From an uncultured bacterium (GTDB taxonomy: Bacteria > Omnitrophota > Omnitrophia > Omnitrophales > Aquincolibacteriaceae), in assembly GCA_964562525.1 (NCBI GenBank), contig CAZLTL010000012.1:15985-79984 (forward strand): a stretch of DNA of 64,000 bases. Reading direction: 5' to 3'. The notes beneath the pieces were generated by a model. That model was not told the origin of the DNA. It did not search any database and saw only the letters and a list, made by a program, of their open reading frames with translations. This document shows, piece by piece, positions 39,825 through 49,242 of this stretch; positions within the stretch are counted from its first letter, which is position 1; the number at the start of each line of letters is the position of its first letter. Made by a program: the position numbers and the translations under genes.

Positions 39825-40730
39825 TTAGGATGCTTGAGTCAATGATTTCACATTGTAATCATAAAAAGCAAGCAGGTCTTCCGTTCCTTTAACTTCCCCC
39901 GGATTTTGAGCGATCGTCACGACTTTGCCCCTAATTTTTTGGGCAAGCTTTTCAGGCAGACGACGGGAATAATAAGATGCCGCTAAAATCAGCTTCACGT
40001 TTTTTTCCGTGGCTACCCTCTCTAATCTTTCCAAGTGCTTGGGCGAAGGGGAAACACCCGGCTTGGGCTCAAGATATTCAATATCTTGAAACCCAAGAAA
40101 CTCAGCTAAATAGGCCACCTCATCATGATATGAAAAAACCGAAATCCCGCGCAGGGCCGCGGACTGATTTTTCCAATCCTGAATTTGAGTGCGCAACTCA
40201 ACCTCTAAATCATCCGCGTTCTTTTGGTATTGCGCGGCATTGACAGCGTCCAACTCTGATAATTTAGCGGCCACGTGCGGAATCATGATCAGCACATTTT
40301 CAGGGTTCATATGATAGTGAGGATTTCCAAAAGCATGCACATCCCCATCCGCACGCGTCAAAACCGAGGGCGGTTTTAAAAGCTGAATACCCAGCGACAT
40401 ATCTAAATTGCGTGCTTGGCCGCGAAAAAGATCATGCCGTCCGGAAGCCTGCAATAACGGATCAGCCCACGCCTCTAAATCCAGTCCCGCAAAAACAAAT
40501 AAATCCGCTTTTGCGGTACGAGCCACATCGCTCGGCTTCGGCTGAATATAGTGCACATTAAATTTAGGTGAAGCCACAGCGCGAACCTCAACGCGATCAC
40601 CGCCAATATGCTCTACCAAACTTTTAAAAAACGTCGTGCTAGCAACAACTTTCAGCGGCTTTTCCGCCGCAAAAACAGATAAAGACCAAAGACTAAAGAC
40701 TAAAGACCAAAGACTGATTAGCTTTCGCAT
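39825..40730 (-). CDS. metal ABC transporter substrate-binding protein (TroA/ZnuA cluster-9 family)
   Basis: 301 aa. Has the signal peptide MRKLISLWSLVFSLWSLSVFAAEKPL and conserved His ligands (..DPHYHMNPENV..). The signal-peptide DNA carries a short tandem repeat (40683-40720, agactaaagac-type). Confidence 0.8.
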   Translation of the reverse strand: MRKLISLWSLVFSLWSLSVFAAEKPLKVVASTTFFKSLVEHIGGDRVEVRAVASPKFNVHYIQPKPSDVARTAKADLFVFAGLDLEAWADPLLQASGRHDLFRGQARNLDMSLGIQLLKPPSVLTRADGDVHAFGNPHYHMNPENVLIMIPHVAAKLSELDAVNAAQYQKNADDLEVELRTQIQDWKNQSAALRGISVFSYHDEVAYLAEFLGFQDIEYLEPKPGVSPSPKHLERLERVATEKNVKLILAASYYSRRLPEKLAQKIRGKVVTIAQNPGEVKGTEDLLAFYDYNVKSLTQAS

Positions 40731-40835
40731 AAATTCCTTATTAAAACTCGATTATTACCAATCCCGAACTGAGCTCGACAACCACTCAACTAAAATTTCG
40801 TCAAAATGATTCAGATGCAAGGAACAGACAAGCGC

Positions 40836-40897
40836 CCGCGGAGGCGTATTTAGAAATACGCCGCACAAGGAAGCACCGTCTGTGACGAAGCAGATGA
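40836..40897 (-). repeat. conserved 3'-flank hairpin element of about 60 nt (copy 2)
   Basis: cccgcggaGGCGTATTTagAAATACGCCgcacaaggaagcaccgtctgtgacgaagcagatgaa lies 8 nt downstream of the stop of the outer-membrane protein gene. It matches the element at 16376..16440. Confidence 0.5.
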
Positions 40898-40904
40898 ATT
40901 ATTT

Positions 40905-42278
40905 TCACGAAATTTTGTGTTTGTGTTCGCCGATTGCAAAGGTGCCTTGAATCATTCCCTCCAACACAGGATCTTTGCCGTCCGTCAGATTCTTATGATT
41001 GAGCTGTATGCGCCAGCGGGCAAATTCGCTTTGATAAAAAGTAAGATAAGCCGCCCAGCCTAAATCATACCCATCGCTATTTTGAAGCGTAACGCCTCTG
41101 ACTAAGTTCACATAATCTAAACGGCTACCAACGGCCCATTTAGGATTAAAGCGCCAATCGGCAAGGAAATAGCTTCCCCAAAAGTTTTGGCTGTCATCCA
41201 CTTCAGGAAAAGTAGTTAACTCTACTTCTTCAGTATCTTCGTCATCACCAAGAGCTTCTCCACGCTGTTCGGAACGACGACCAAAATAGTTTTCATTCTG
41301 AAGCTTGACATGCCGCTGATCCGCGTAATTCCAAGTCCAAGTTAGGTCAGAACCAATCACATGCGTTCCAAAGGAAGGATTTTTGGTTTCGCTGCCGCCG
41401 GTTAAATACGAAAGCCCAGCTTCAATGCCCGTGTTCTGAGTTAACTCGAGGTAGTTTTTCAGATTAGCAAATAGAGTCGGATGACGGCGTGATTCGCCAA
41501 ACATGCGCGCGTCCTCTTCGCCCTCTTCCTCGGCATGACCATGATCTTCACCTGACCCACCCTCTAAAATACCAAATGCAAAAGAATGGCTTACCTTATC
41601 CGTAAAGCTAAATGGCTTAGTCAGCTCGGCACCAGACTTACTGTAGCCTTCCGGACCAAAGAAACGCTGAATCACAAGTGGCACATCAACCGTATCTAAA
41701 GTATCGCGATGAACCGGAATCACTTTACCAATGCGCGGCTTCAAACGACCCAAACGACCTGTAACACCCAGCGGCAAAGCATGATTGGTATAATACGCTT
41801 CTTCTAAATGCACATCTTCAAAGTCAGAGAAAGCAATCGTCGCATCAAGCCTCGAATAAGCATCAATCGCGCTGCCAAAGGCAAGCTCTAAATGGCGGGC
41901 GCTAATGCGATCGCGGCCTTCTTCATCTTCACGACCGGGAGAATCGACTTGTCCGACGATGTCGGCTATGACGCCAATTTCGGGATTCCATTTACCAGAG
42001 CCCGCACGGTCTAATCCGCCGGACATCACCGGTGTTGAGCTTCCGTTTGGACCCGTAATAGCCACATTGGCTTTACTCTCAATCGCGTTAATCTGCATTT
42101 GCTGCTTTTGAATCAGCTCATTTTGCTGAGCGATGGTCTGCTGCAACTGCTGCATATTTTTTTGCATCTCCATCATGCTCTTTTGCAGCATTTCAAATCC
42201 CGCATCTTGCGCGTGAACCGGCATTACCGATTCAAAGATAAAAGACAAAGTTAAGAGAAATAAAAAAAACTTTCGCAT
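40905..42278 (-). CDS. outer-membrane beta-barrel (porin-like) protein with N-terminal periplasmic coiled coil
   Basis: The ORF extends to 42509 but the ATG at 42276-42278 has an AAGGAG Shine-Dalgarno 7 nt upstream and yields the signal peptide MRKFFLFLLTLSFIFESVMPVHAQD. This is followed by a Gln-rich coiled coil (MLQKSMMEMQKNMQQLQQTIAQQNELIQKQQMQINAIESK), then alternating amphipathic beta-strand sequence. The architecture resembles DcaP-type porins. Confidence 0.5.
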   Translation of the reverse strand: MRKFFLFLLTLSFIFESVMPVHAQDAGFEMLQKSMMEMQKNMQQLQQTIAQQNELIQKQQMQINAIESKANVAITGPNGSSTPVMSGGLDRAGSGKWNPEIGVIADIVGQVDSPGREDEEGRDRISARHLELAFGSAIDAYSRLDATIAFSDFEDVHLEEAYYTNHALPLGVTGRLGRLKPRIGKVIPVHRDTLDTVDVPLVIQRFFGPEGYSKSGAELTKPFSFTDKVSHSFAFGILEGGSGEDHGHAEEEGEEDARMFGESRRHPTLFANLKNYLELTQNTGIEAGLSYLTGGSETKNPSFGTHVIGSDLTWTWNYADQRHVKLQNENYFGRRSEQRGEALGDDEDTEEVELTTFPEVDDSQNFWGSYFLADWRFNPKWAVGSRLDYVNLVRGVTLQNSDGYDLGWAAYLTFYQSEFARWRIQLNHKNLTDGKDPVLEGMIQGTFAIGEHKHKIS

Positions 42279-42343
42279 ACACACTCCTTGAATAGAAAGA
42301 AAAAAAGCCCGGGTAAAAAATCCGAACTTAGAAAGAAATGGTT

Positions 42344-42640
42344 TTAAGCGAAAGTCGGAGGGGCACGATTGGCAAGGATCGCGCCATGAAAGAAAGAAAA
42401 GAGCGGTGCCGGCTCTGAGCGACACGCGCGCCAAGGTCGGACGGACGCGATCCACACGAAGAAAATAAGTCCCGCAACTTGAACGATCAAGCTCTGCACG
42501 GCGTGACAAACGGAACAGTCATGGCCATGACCCGCTTCGTGATGGTGGGCCCACAAACCCAAAAAGCTCAAGACAATCAGCGCGGCAAACAAAATACGCG
42601 CGAGCTTGTTTTTTCTTAAGAATGAAATTAAGTTTTGCAT
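42344..42640 (-). CDS. small single-TM protein with His-rich / CXXCH metal-binding motif (DUF2946-like)
   Basis: Start is set at the ATG 42638-42640 (MQNLISFLRKNKLARILFAALIVLSFLGLWAHHHEAGHGHDCSVCHAV...). Its stop is 65 nt upstream of the outer-membrane protein start, in the same orientation as the metal ABC genes. Confidence 0.4.
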   Translation of the reverse strand: MQNLISFLRKNKLARILFAALIVLSFLGLWAHHHEAGHGHDCSVCHAVQSLIVQVAGLIFFVWIASVRPWRACRSEPAPLFSFFHGAILANRAPPTFA

Positions 42641-42694
42641 AGTTGGAAGTATAGCAACTGCGTCAAGCCGTTTCGGCCTATGGTAGAATAGGCT

Positions 42695-43882
42695 ATGCAA
42701 ATTAATTACCCGCGCTGTATTCTGAAAAAAGGCAAGGAAAAGCCTGTTTTAGGCTTTCACCCTTGGATTTTCTCCGGTGCGATTGATTCCGTCGAAGAGG
42801 GCTTGCAGCCTGGTGACCTGGTGCAAGTTGTGGCGGACAACGGATATTTCCTGGGCGTCGGTTATTTTAATCCCAATTCCCAGATCACAGTCCGTATGCT
42901 GGCCTTTGAGCCGCGCTGGATTGACGGTGGATTCTTTGACGATAAAATTGGTCAAGCCGTTACTCTTCGCAAGGAACGCGTATTGAACGCAAAAACAAAT
43001 GCCTGCCGCATCATTAATTCGGACGGTGATTTTTTACCCGGCCTTGTTGCCGACCTTTATCACGATATCCTTGTCGTGCAATTTTTAACACTCGGCATGG
43101 AAAAGCAGAAAAGCCTAATTCTCCCTTTGCTTGAAAAACATTTTTCACTCCGTGCCGTTTACGAAAAAATTTCGCTTGCGGAATGCAAAATCGAGGGCAT
43201 GGAAAAAGAAAGCAGAGTCCTTGCCGGTCGATTACCCGTAGACGGCCAAACCGAAATCATGGAAAACGGCATGCGTTTTCTTATTCGCTGGGAGAGCACG
43301 CAAAAAACAGGTTTCTTCTTAGATCAACGCGAAAACCGCAAACTGATCCGCAAAATTGCCGCGGGAAAAGATGTGCTCGATTGCTTTTGTTATAACGGCG
43401 GCTTTTCCGTCGCGGCCGCGCTCGGCGGAGCGAAACAAATTATGTCCGTGGATATTTCTGAGCATGCGATTGAAGCAGCAAAGCAAAACATGACGCTCAA
43501 CACTCCGCAGACTCCCCATTTTGCCGAAAAACGCGATGTGTTTGAGTTTTTACGCGAAGACTCGTTTGAACCTAACTTGATTATTTTGGACCCGCCGGCT
43601 TTTTGTAAAAACAAAAGTCAAATTCAGCAATCCGCGCGTGGCTATAAAGACATTAATTTAGCAGCCATCAAAAAACTGCCGGTAGGAGGATTGCTTTATA
43701 CCGCGTCCTGCTCTTCATTCATCACACCGGATTTATTTCAAAAAATTATCTTCGGCGCAGCCAAAGACGCGAAACGCGAAGTCAAAATACTCGCCAAAAC
43801 CGCCAATGCCATAGATCACCCTATTTCGCTATACCATCCCGAAGGCGAATACCTCAAAGGATTGCTGCTGCAAGTAAATTAG
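42695..43882 (+). CDS. rlmI: 23S rRNA (cytosine1962-C5)-methyltransferase RlmI (PUA + SAM-MTase)
   Basis: 395 aa. Has an N-terminal PUA-like domain (..KPVLGFHPWIFSGAIDSVEEGLQPGDLVQVV..) and a class-I SAM-methyltransferase core (..VLDCFCYNGGFSVAAA..ILDPPAF..). Confidence 0.75.
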   Translation: MQINYPRCILKKGKEKPVLGFHPWIFSGAIDSVEEGLQPGDLVQVVADNGYFLGVGYFNPNSQITVRMLAFEPRWIDGGFFDDKIGQAVTLRKERVLNAKTNACRIINSDGDFLPGLVADLYHDILVVQFLTLGMEKQKSLILPLLEKHFSLRAVYEKISLAECKIEGMEKESRVLAGRLPVDGQTEIMENGMRFLIRWESTQKTGFFLDQRENRKLIRKIAAGKDVLDCFCYNGGFSVAAALGGAKQIMSVDISEHAIEAAKQNMTLNTPQTPHFAEKRDVFEFLREDSFEPNLIILDPPAFCKNKSQIQQSARGYKDINLAAIKKLPVGGLLYTASCSSFITPDLFQKIIFGAAKDAKREVKILAKTANAIDHPISLYHPEGEYLKGLLLQVN

Positions 43883-44231
43883 ATTGCTAACCACAGACCG
43901 ACGACTAAAGACGGAAGACTAAAGAAATAGCGCCAAAAGCGAGATTTCGAGCGTGAGGCGCTATCTAAAACGGGAAACGCCGCAGGCAAACTTGCCAAGG
44001 CTTTCTCCGATGACAGCCCCACCCCACCTTAGCGCGAAAGGTTCAAGTCCATTCTTTCGAGATGCGAGTTTTGCGCCGTCAGGACGCAGCTGTCTGAGCA
44101 GATCGGAAGAATGGATTGAACCCGAGTCTCATTGCTTCGTAGAGTTCAACTTGAGCTTAACCGAAAGACTAATAACAATTAATCAGGCATGGCGATGAGC
44201 AGATTGCCGAGCACAACCCTAATGCCATCCG

Positions 44232-44594
44232 TCACGGCAAGTCTAAATATTTTCGAAATGGCAGCGTAAAATCTTCTTCAGGAAAAAGAGGCGAACCTTG
44301 ATGACGCTTCCCCGAAAGGGACAGAATATGGTCTTGAACATCTTTTCCAAAAAGAAACGCGGCTTCCTTCGCGAAAGGAATTAAGTCTTCCAATGTCGGC
44401 GCGTGATTGTTTTTATTCTGCGTCAAAAGCCAAAACTCTTTAACTCTTTTATAAAAATCGTACCGCCGATCAAAAAACTCGTCTTTCTGCTTTTTGTGAT
44501 TGATCTTCGCCCAAGCAAAAGCTATGGCAAAAATTAAAACCGCAGGAGCTAACGACGTCACGACAACATCTACCCAATCTTCCCAGTTGACCAT
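44232..44594 (-). CDS. hypothetical small membrane-anchored protein
   Basis: 120 aa with one N-terminal TM helix and no recognisable domain. Confidence 0.35.
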   Translation of the reverse strand: MVNWEDWVDVVVTSLAPAVLIFAIAFAWAKINHKKQKDEFFDRRYDFYKRVKEFWLLTQNKNNHAPTLEDLIPFAKEAAFLFGKDVQDHILSLSGKRHQGSPLFPEEDFTLPFRKYLDLP

Positions 44595-44639
44595 CTGATT
44601 TATCCCCTCTGTCTTAAAATCTTATCCTTGCCCTCAGGC

Positions 44640-45668
44640 TTAAAGGCTTCCGGATACTAACCAGGCCCCATCACGATAAATCACTTCTCCATCTAAAGTC
44701 ACTTCTTTTGTTTCAGCAAACACATCCACATGGTGGCGAGCTTGATTGATAGTGAATTGCGGTTTTTTATAAATCGTATGCTTAGCGCCCATCGATAAAT
44801 GCACGCCGCACATGCGCTCATAAGTTCCGATGTCATCTACGCGCCGTTCACGCGTAAAAGCGCGATTCATACCCAAGCCAAGCTCACGAATCCACACCTC
44901 GCCTTCTTCAGCCCGAATTTGCTCAAGAACCTTGTCAAACTCCGGCGTCGAATCGAGCGCCCGAACTACTCGGCCTTTTTCAATCACAAGCGTAATATGT
45001 TTTCCAGGTGTATTCACACTGAATGAAGAATCACCAAAAGCAAAAATGCGCACTTTGCCATTCACATGTTCTAAGTCTTTGGCTTCAGTAAAAACTTCGC
45101 CGATAGGAAATTGCCCGCCGATATTTTTCATGCCGGTGTAATCGCCTACATTCAACTTTGCTGATTCAAAACCCGATTCAAAAACAAGCTGTTCGCCATC
45201 GGAATCCACAACACCGACAGCCGCTTGATCAATTTTTCTTTTCAGTGCCGCTCCGACACCACGGTAATATTTGGCATCATAGGCCAGTGAATCAATATAC
45301 CGCTCCGCCTGACACCCTGGCATGCGCGCCAGATGCACATGCTCAATCGCTTTGATTTCGCGTTTAAAAAGCTCCACACGAATCCGAAAAGCATTAAGTC
45401 GAAAATTAGTCGATTGAATTAAGACCACTAAATCCAGCGGCTTTAAGGTTTCAAAGGCGGCCAAAATAGCCTCGGGCGGCGTGGAATCAAAATCAATAAA
45501 CTGCGCCTTGGGAAGGCTGACTCGATAAGCACGGGTCAAAGCAACCGCCAGCTCACATTGGGAATCAAACACCACAATCGCGGCATGCGAATCATCGTGT
45601 TGAAATGACAAGGCGAGAATATCGCGGATATGTTTTTCAGCGATGGGTTGAAACTCAGATAAACTCAT
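44640..45668 (-). CDS. hypothetical protein, possibly M29-type aminopeptidase-like
   Basis: 342 aa. A weak resemblance to thermophilic metalloprotease (M29) around ..GGQFPIGEVFTEA..; the call is tentative. Confidence 0.35.
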   Translation of the reverse strand: MSLSEFQPIAEKHIRDILALSFQHDDSHAAIVVFDSQCELAVALTRAYRVSLPKAQFIDFDSTPPEAILAAFETLKPLDLVVLIQSTNFRLNAFRIRVELFKREIKAIEHVHLARMPGCQAERYIDSLAYDAKYYRGVGAALKRKIDQAAVGVVDSDGEQLVFESGFESAKLNVGDYTGMKNIGGQFPIGEVFTEAKDLEHVNGKVRIFAFGDSSFSVNTPGKHITLVIEKGRVVRALDSTPEFDKVLEQIRAEEGEVWIRELGLGMNRAFTRERRVDDIGTYERMCGVHLSMGAKHTIYKKPQFTINQARHHVDVFAETKEVTLDGEVIYRDGAWLVSGSL

Positions 45669-45701
45669 GCACTATTTTAAGCCGAAGACTCAAAGGGAGG
45701 G

Positions 45702-46031
45702 TTAGATTTTTTTGGACAGCGTCAAAAAATAAACTGCGGTCGAAATATCAATGAGCATCCAAAACTCGCGGGACAATAAAATCGGTGCAACCGGATTGAA
45801 AAGCAAAGCAAGAATAGCAAAAGGAATGAAGTGCGCTTTTAAAGCTTCGCGCCCGCGCAAAATAACCGCGGTATAAATACAGGCCGCGCAAACGACAAGT
45901 CTCAAAAAACCGTAGTACCCATACGGAATATTCGGCAAAACCGCCACGCAAAGCATGAGCGCCGAAACCAATAGAGCAATTTTTAAATTTTTGGATTCTT
46001 GTTGAGAGCTCAATTGAGCCTTTTCATTCAA
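45702..46031 (-). CDS. hypothetical small integral membrane protein
   Basis: 109 aa with 3 predicted TM helices. Confidence 0.35.
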   Translation of the reverse strand: MNEKAQLSSQQESKNLKIALLVSALMLCVAVLPNIPYGYYGFLRLVVCAACIYTAVILRGREALKAHFIPFAILALLFNPVAPILLSREFWMLIDISTAVYFLTLSKKI

Positions 46032-46045
46032 AATAAACTGTTTTA

Positions 46046-49000
46046 CTAAACCGAAGACGGGTCCATTTCAGTGGCTTGATAATCACGCTTTTCAAACCTA
46101 GAGAAAATTTCATAAGCGCAAGGAACAACAAAAAGCGTAAGCAGAGTTGAAATTGTCACGCCGCCGACAATCGCTGTGGCCATGGGTACTACGGTTTCAG
46201 ATCCCGCGCCTTTAGATAAAGCTTCGGGAATAGCTGCGGCCACGGTCGCAACCGAAGTCATCAAAATCGGACGGAGCCGAATCGGACAAGCCTCAAGCAA
46301 TGCGCCGCGCACATCTTTGCCTTGCCGTCGCAATTCATTTGTAAAGTCCACCAACAAAATCGAATTCTTTTTCACAATTCCCATCAAAAGAATCAGCCCG
46401 ATCATGCTGTAAAGATTGAGCGTGTTACCGCTAACATAAAGCGCTACATAAGCTCCGGTTAAACTGAAAGGCAAGGCCAATAAAACCGTAAAGGGATGAA
46501 TAAAACTATTAAACTGCGTCGCTAAAACCATATACGCCACAAAAACACCCAACACTAAAGCATAAATCAAACTTTTGTTCGATTCTTCAAATGCCTGAGA
46601 GCCCCCTGAGAAAACAAGCTGATAATCTTTGGGCAAAATCTCTTTGGCGATATCGTTCACCTTAGCTAAAGCTTCTTGCTGCGAGTGCCCCTGCGCGGGA
46701 TTCGCGTAAATACTCACAGCACGGGCGCGGTTTTTTCGCGTAATTGAAAAAAGCGTCGGTTTGACTTCGCTCGTAATGACTTGTGAAAGTTGTACCGCTT
46801 CACCTTGCTGGTTGCGCACCCAAATGCTCTCAATATCTTTGACATTCGTACGGTCCGATTCGGCAAGACGAACGCGAATATCATAACGCTTACCATTACT
46901 TGTGAACTTACCGATGCGCACACCGCCCATGGTCGCGTTGATGGTGTTTGCGATTGAAAGAACACTCACGCCGCGAGCGCCTGCTTTTTCGCGATCGGGA
47001 TAAATTTTCAGCTCCGGCATTCCCAGCTGATAATCTGTATCCACGTCCGTCATCAACCCCGACGCTTTCATTTTTTCCATCATTTGTGCGCCCAACTCGC
47101 CGAGTTTATCCCAATTCGGTCCGCGAATCGTAAACTCCACAGGGTAGCCGCGCTGAGCTGTAAAACCCGACTGAGATAAATCCTGTACACCCGCCCGTTC
47201 AATGCCTGGAATTTGATTGAGCCCTTTGCGGACAATTTGCATAAAATCTTTTTGCGTCATTCGCTTTCCGTTTACCAGAGGACGATCTTTTTTGGGCTTC
47301 ATCGTTACAAAAACTTGCCCTGTGTTTACCTGCCCGCCGCCGAATCCGCCGATGGCGCAATAATAGCTTTCAAGCGCAGGCTGAGCGGTTAAAAAGACTT
47401 CGGCTTGCTTAAAAACTTCATCCGTTTTTTCAAGCGAAGTTCCCAACGGCAGCGTCACGCGCGCAAGAAATCGGCTTTGATCTTGATGCGGTACAAATTC
47501 TTTTTTAAGAAGCGCTTGAAAAATAAATGAAGAAGCAAAAATAAATAACGCAGCAATTAAAACCAAATAGCGGAAGCGCAAACACTTCTCTAAAACCCGG
47601 CTATAGCCTTGGGTTAAGCCATGCATACCCTGATCCACCCATTTACCCAAACGGGTGGAATGCCCCACTTCTAAAAACTGCGAGCAGCGCATCGGTGCAA
47701 TCGTTAATGCCTCAAGCAGCGAAAGCGCCACCGCGGCAGAAATGGTTACGCCGAATTGAAAAAAGAATTTTCCGATAACGCCTTCCATAAAAATAACCGG
47801 AATAAAAATCGCGAGAATCGCAATCGTGGCAGCGAGCGCGGCAAACGTAATTTCACGCGCGCCGATAAACGCGGCAGCCATCTTGGATTTACCTTTTTCG
47901 AGATAACGCGAAATATTTTCAAGCACCATGATCGCGTCATCGACGATGATGCCGACCACGAGCGCGAGACCCAACATCGTAAATGTATTGAGCGTAAAGC
48001 CGCATAAATAAATGATGAAAAAAGCACCGAGAATCGAAGTTGGGATGGCGAGCAAAACATTAAATGTCGCGCTCCAGGAACCCAAAAATAAATAACAAAC
48101 AACCGCGGTCAAAATACAGGAAAGTAAAAGCACCATCGTAAGATGATGTACGGAGTTTTTGATAAATTTAGTCGGATCAAAAACAACCGACAAACGCATT
48201 CCCTCGGGCAAATTGGGTTCAATTTCCTTAACGCGCGCCTTCACGGCATCGGCCACGGCCGTGGCATTAGAACCTCTTTGTTTAATAATTCCGATACCGA
48301 CCGCCCGTTCACCCATCGTGCGGGAAATACGGCGAACATCAGCAAGCCCATCTTCTACTGTACCAACTTCACCCAATCTAATCGGTTTCCAAACCGGCCC
48401 GCCGCGCACACGATTGGGAATCAAAATTTTTTCAAATTCTTCAGGTGTTGTTGCTTCACCATAAATGCGCAGATTAATTTCTTGCGGTCCCGCGCTTAAA
48501 TAGCCCGCCGGCGCATCCGCGTGCTGACTGCTGATGGTATTGAGAATATCCTCCACCGTAAGTTCTTGTGCTTGCATTTTTTTAGCATCAAGCCAAACCC
48601 GCAAGTTTGGATCCACCAAACCGCCGAAACGAATATCACCCACGCCTTGAACCGTGGTGAATTGATCACGCAAATGTTCGGTAACATGTCGCGTTAACTC
48701 CTTAAAAGGACGATCCCCCGAAAGCGCCACCCAGAGAATCGGCTGATCTTCAGGGTTCGTTTTGGTGACAACCGGCGGGTCAATATCTTGCGGTAAATTT
48801 CTCTGCGCCTGCGCGATTTTGGTTTGAACATCTTGTAACGCTGAATCAATATCACGCTTTAAATCGAGCTCGATCGTAATACTCGCCTGCCCTTGTCGCG
48901 ACACAGAGCTCACTTCTTTGACGCCTTCGACACTCATAACCGCATCTTCGATAATATCGGTCACTTCCGTTTCAATGACTTCCGGCGCAGCGCCTTCCCA

Positions 49001-49150
49001 CGTCACCGAAACACTCACTACGGGAAAATCCACATCGGGCAATTGGCTCACACCCAAACGTGTGTAACCAATCCAGCCGAATACGATCAGACCGATCATG
49101 AGCATCCACGCGAATACCGGATTTTTAATCGATAAATCAGAAAGCGTCAT
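46046..49150 (-). CDS. RND-superfamily efflux transporter permease (AcrB/HAE1-like)
   Basis: 1034 aa with 12 TM segments and two large periplasmic loops. The N-terminus MTLSDLSIKNPVFAWMLMIGLIVFGWIGYTRLGVSQLPDVDFP is typical of AcrB. No adaptor or outer-membrane-factor gene is adjacent. Confidence 0.85.
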   Translation of the reverse strand: MTLSDLSIKNPVFAWMLMIGLIVFGWIGYTRLGVSQLPDVDFPVVSVSVTWEGAAPEVIETEVTDIIEDAVMSVEGVKEVSSVSRQGQASITIELDLKRDIDSALQDVQTKIAQAQRNLPQDIDPPVVTKTNPEDQPILWVALSGDRPFKELTRHVTEHLRDQFTTVQGVGDIRFGGLVDPNLRVWLDAKKMQAQELTVEDILNTISSQHADAPAGYLSAGPQEINLRIYGEATTPEEFEKILIPNRVRGGPVWKPIRLGEVGTVEDGLADVRRISRTMGERAVGIGIIKQRGSNATAVADAVKARVKEIEPNLPEGMRLSVVFDPTKFIKNSVHHLTMVLLLSCILTAVVCYLFLGSWSATFNVLLAIPTSILGAFFIIYLCGFTLNTFTMLGLALVVGIIVDDAIMVLENISRYLEKGKSKMAAAFIGAREITFAALAATIAILAIFIPVIFMEGVIGKFFFQFGVTISAAVALSLLEALTIAPMRCSQFLEVGHSTRLGKWVDQGMHGLTQGYSRVLEKCLRFRYLVLIAALFIFASSFIFQALLKKEFVPHQDQSRFLARVTLPLGTSLEKTDEVFKQAEVFLTAQPALESYYCAIGGFGGGQVNTGQVFVTMKPKKDRPLVNGKRMTQKDFMQIVRKGLNQIPGIERAGVQDLSQSGFTAQRGYPVEFTIRGPNWDKLGELGAQMMEKMKASGLMTDVDTDYQLGMPELKIYPDREKAGARGVSVLSIANTINATMGGVRIGKFTSNGKRYDIRVRLAESDRTNVKDIESIWVRNQQGEAVQLSQVITSEVKPTLFSITRKNRARAVSIYANPAQGHSQQEALAKVNDIAKEILPKDYQLVFSGGSQAFEESNKSLIYALVLGVFVAYMVLATQFNSFIHPFTVLLALPFSLTGAYVALYVSGNTLNLYSMIGLILLMGIVKKNSILLVDFTNELRRQGKDVRGALLEACPIRLRPILMTSVATVAAAIPEALSKGAGSETVVPMATAIVGGVTISTLLTLFVVPCAYEIFSRFEKRDYQATEMDPSSV

Positions 49151-49161
49151 AAAGCTCCCAT

Positions 49162-49195
49162 AAAAAAGGCGGCAGAAAGCATCTTTCTGCCGCCG
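49162..49195 (-). terminator. rho-independent terminator after dps, 12 nt upstream of the RND start codon
   Basis: Minus strand reads GGCGGCAGAAAG-ATGC-TTTCTGCCGCC followed by TTTTTTATGGGAGCTTT then ATG. It has a 12-bp GC-rich stem. Confidence 0.65.
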
Positions 49196-49242
49196 ATATT
49201 ATGACTCATGGCCACCGAAGCCCCAAGTAAAACCTAAATCGA

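Noticed and set aside
42279-42509. N-terminal extension of the outer-membrane protein ORF and its overlap with ORF 42344..42700
   Set aside because: The extension is Arg/Cys-rich nonsense, whereas the ATG at 42278 has an AAGGAG Shine-Dalgarno and a clean signal peptide. The overlapping frame instead encodes the small His-rich membrane protein, trimmed to 42344..42640.
43883-44231. tmRNA, SRP RNA or RNase P RNA in the structured gap
   Set aside because: GGTTCAAGTCC and GTCAGGACG resemble T-arm and SRP motifs. However, there is no tag-peptide reading frame, no GGUCCGGAAGGAAGCAGC SRP core, and no RNase P P4 or GGAAAGUCCGGGCUCC core. It is left as an unassigned structured region.
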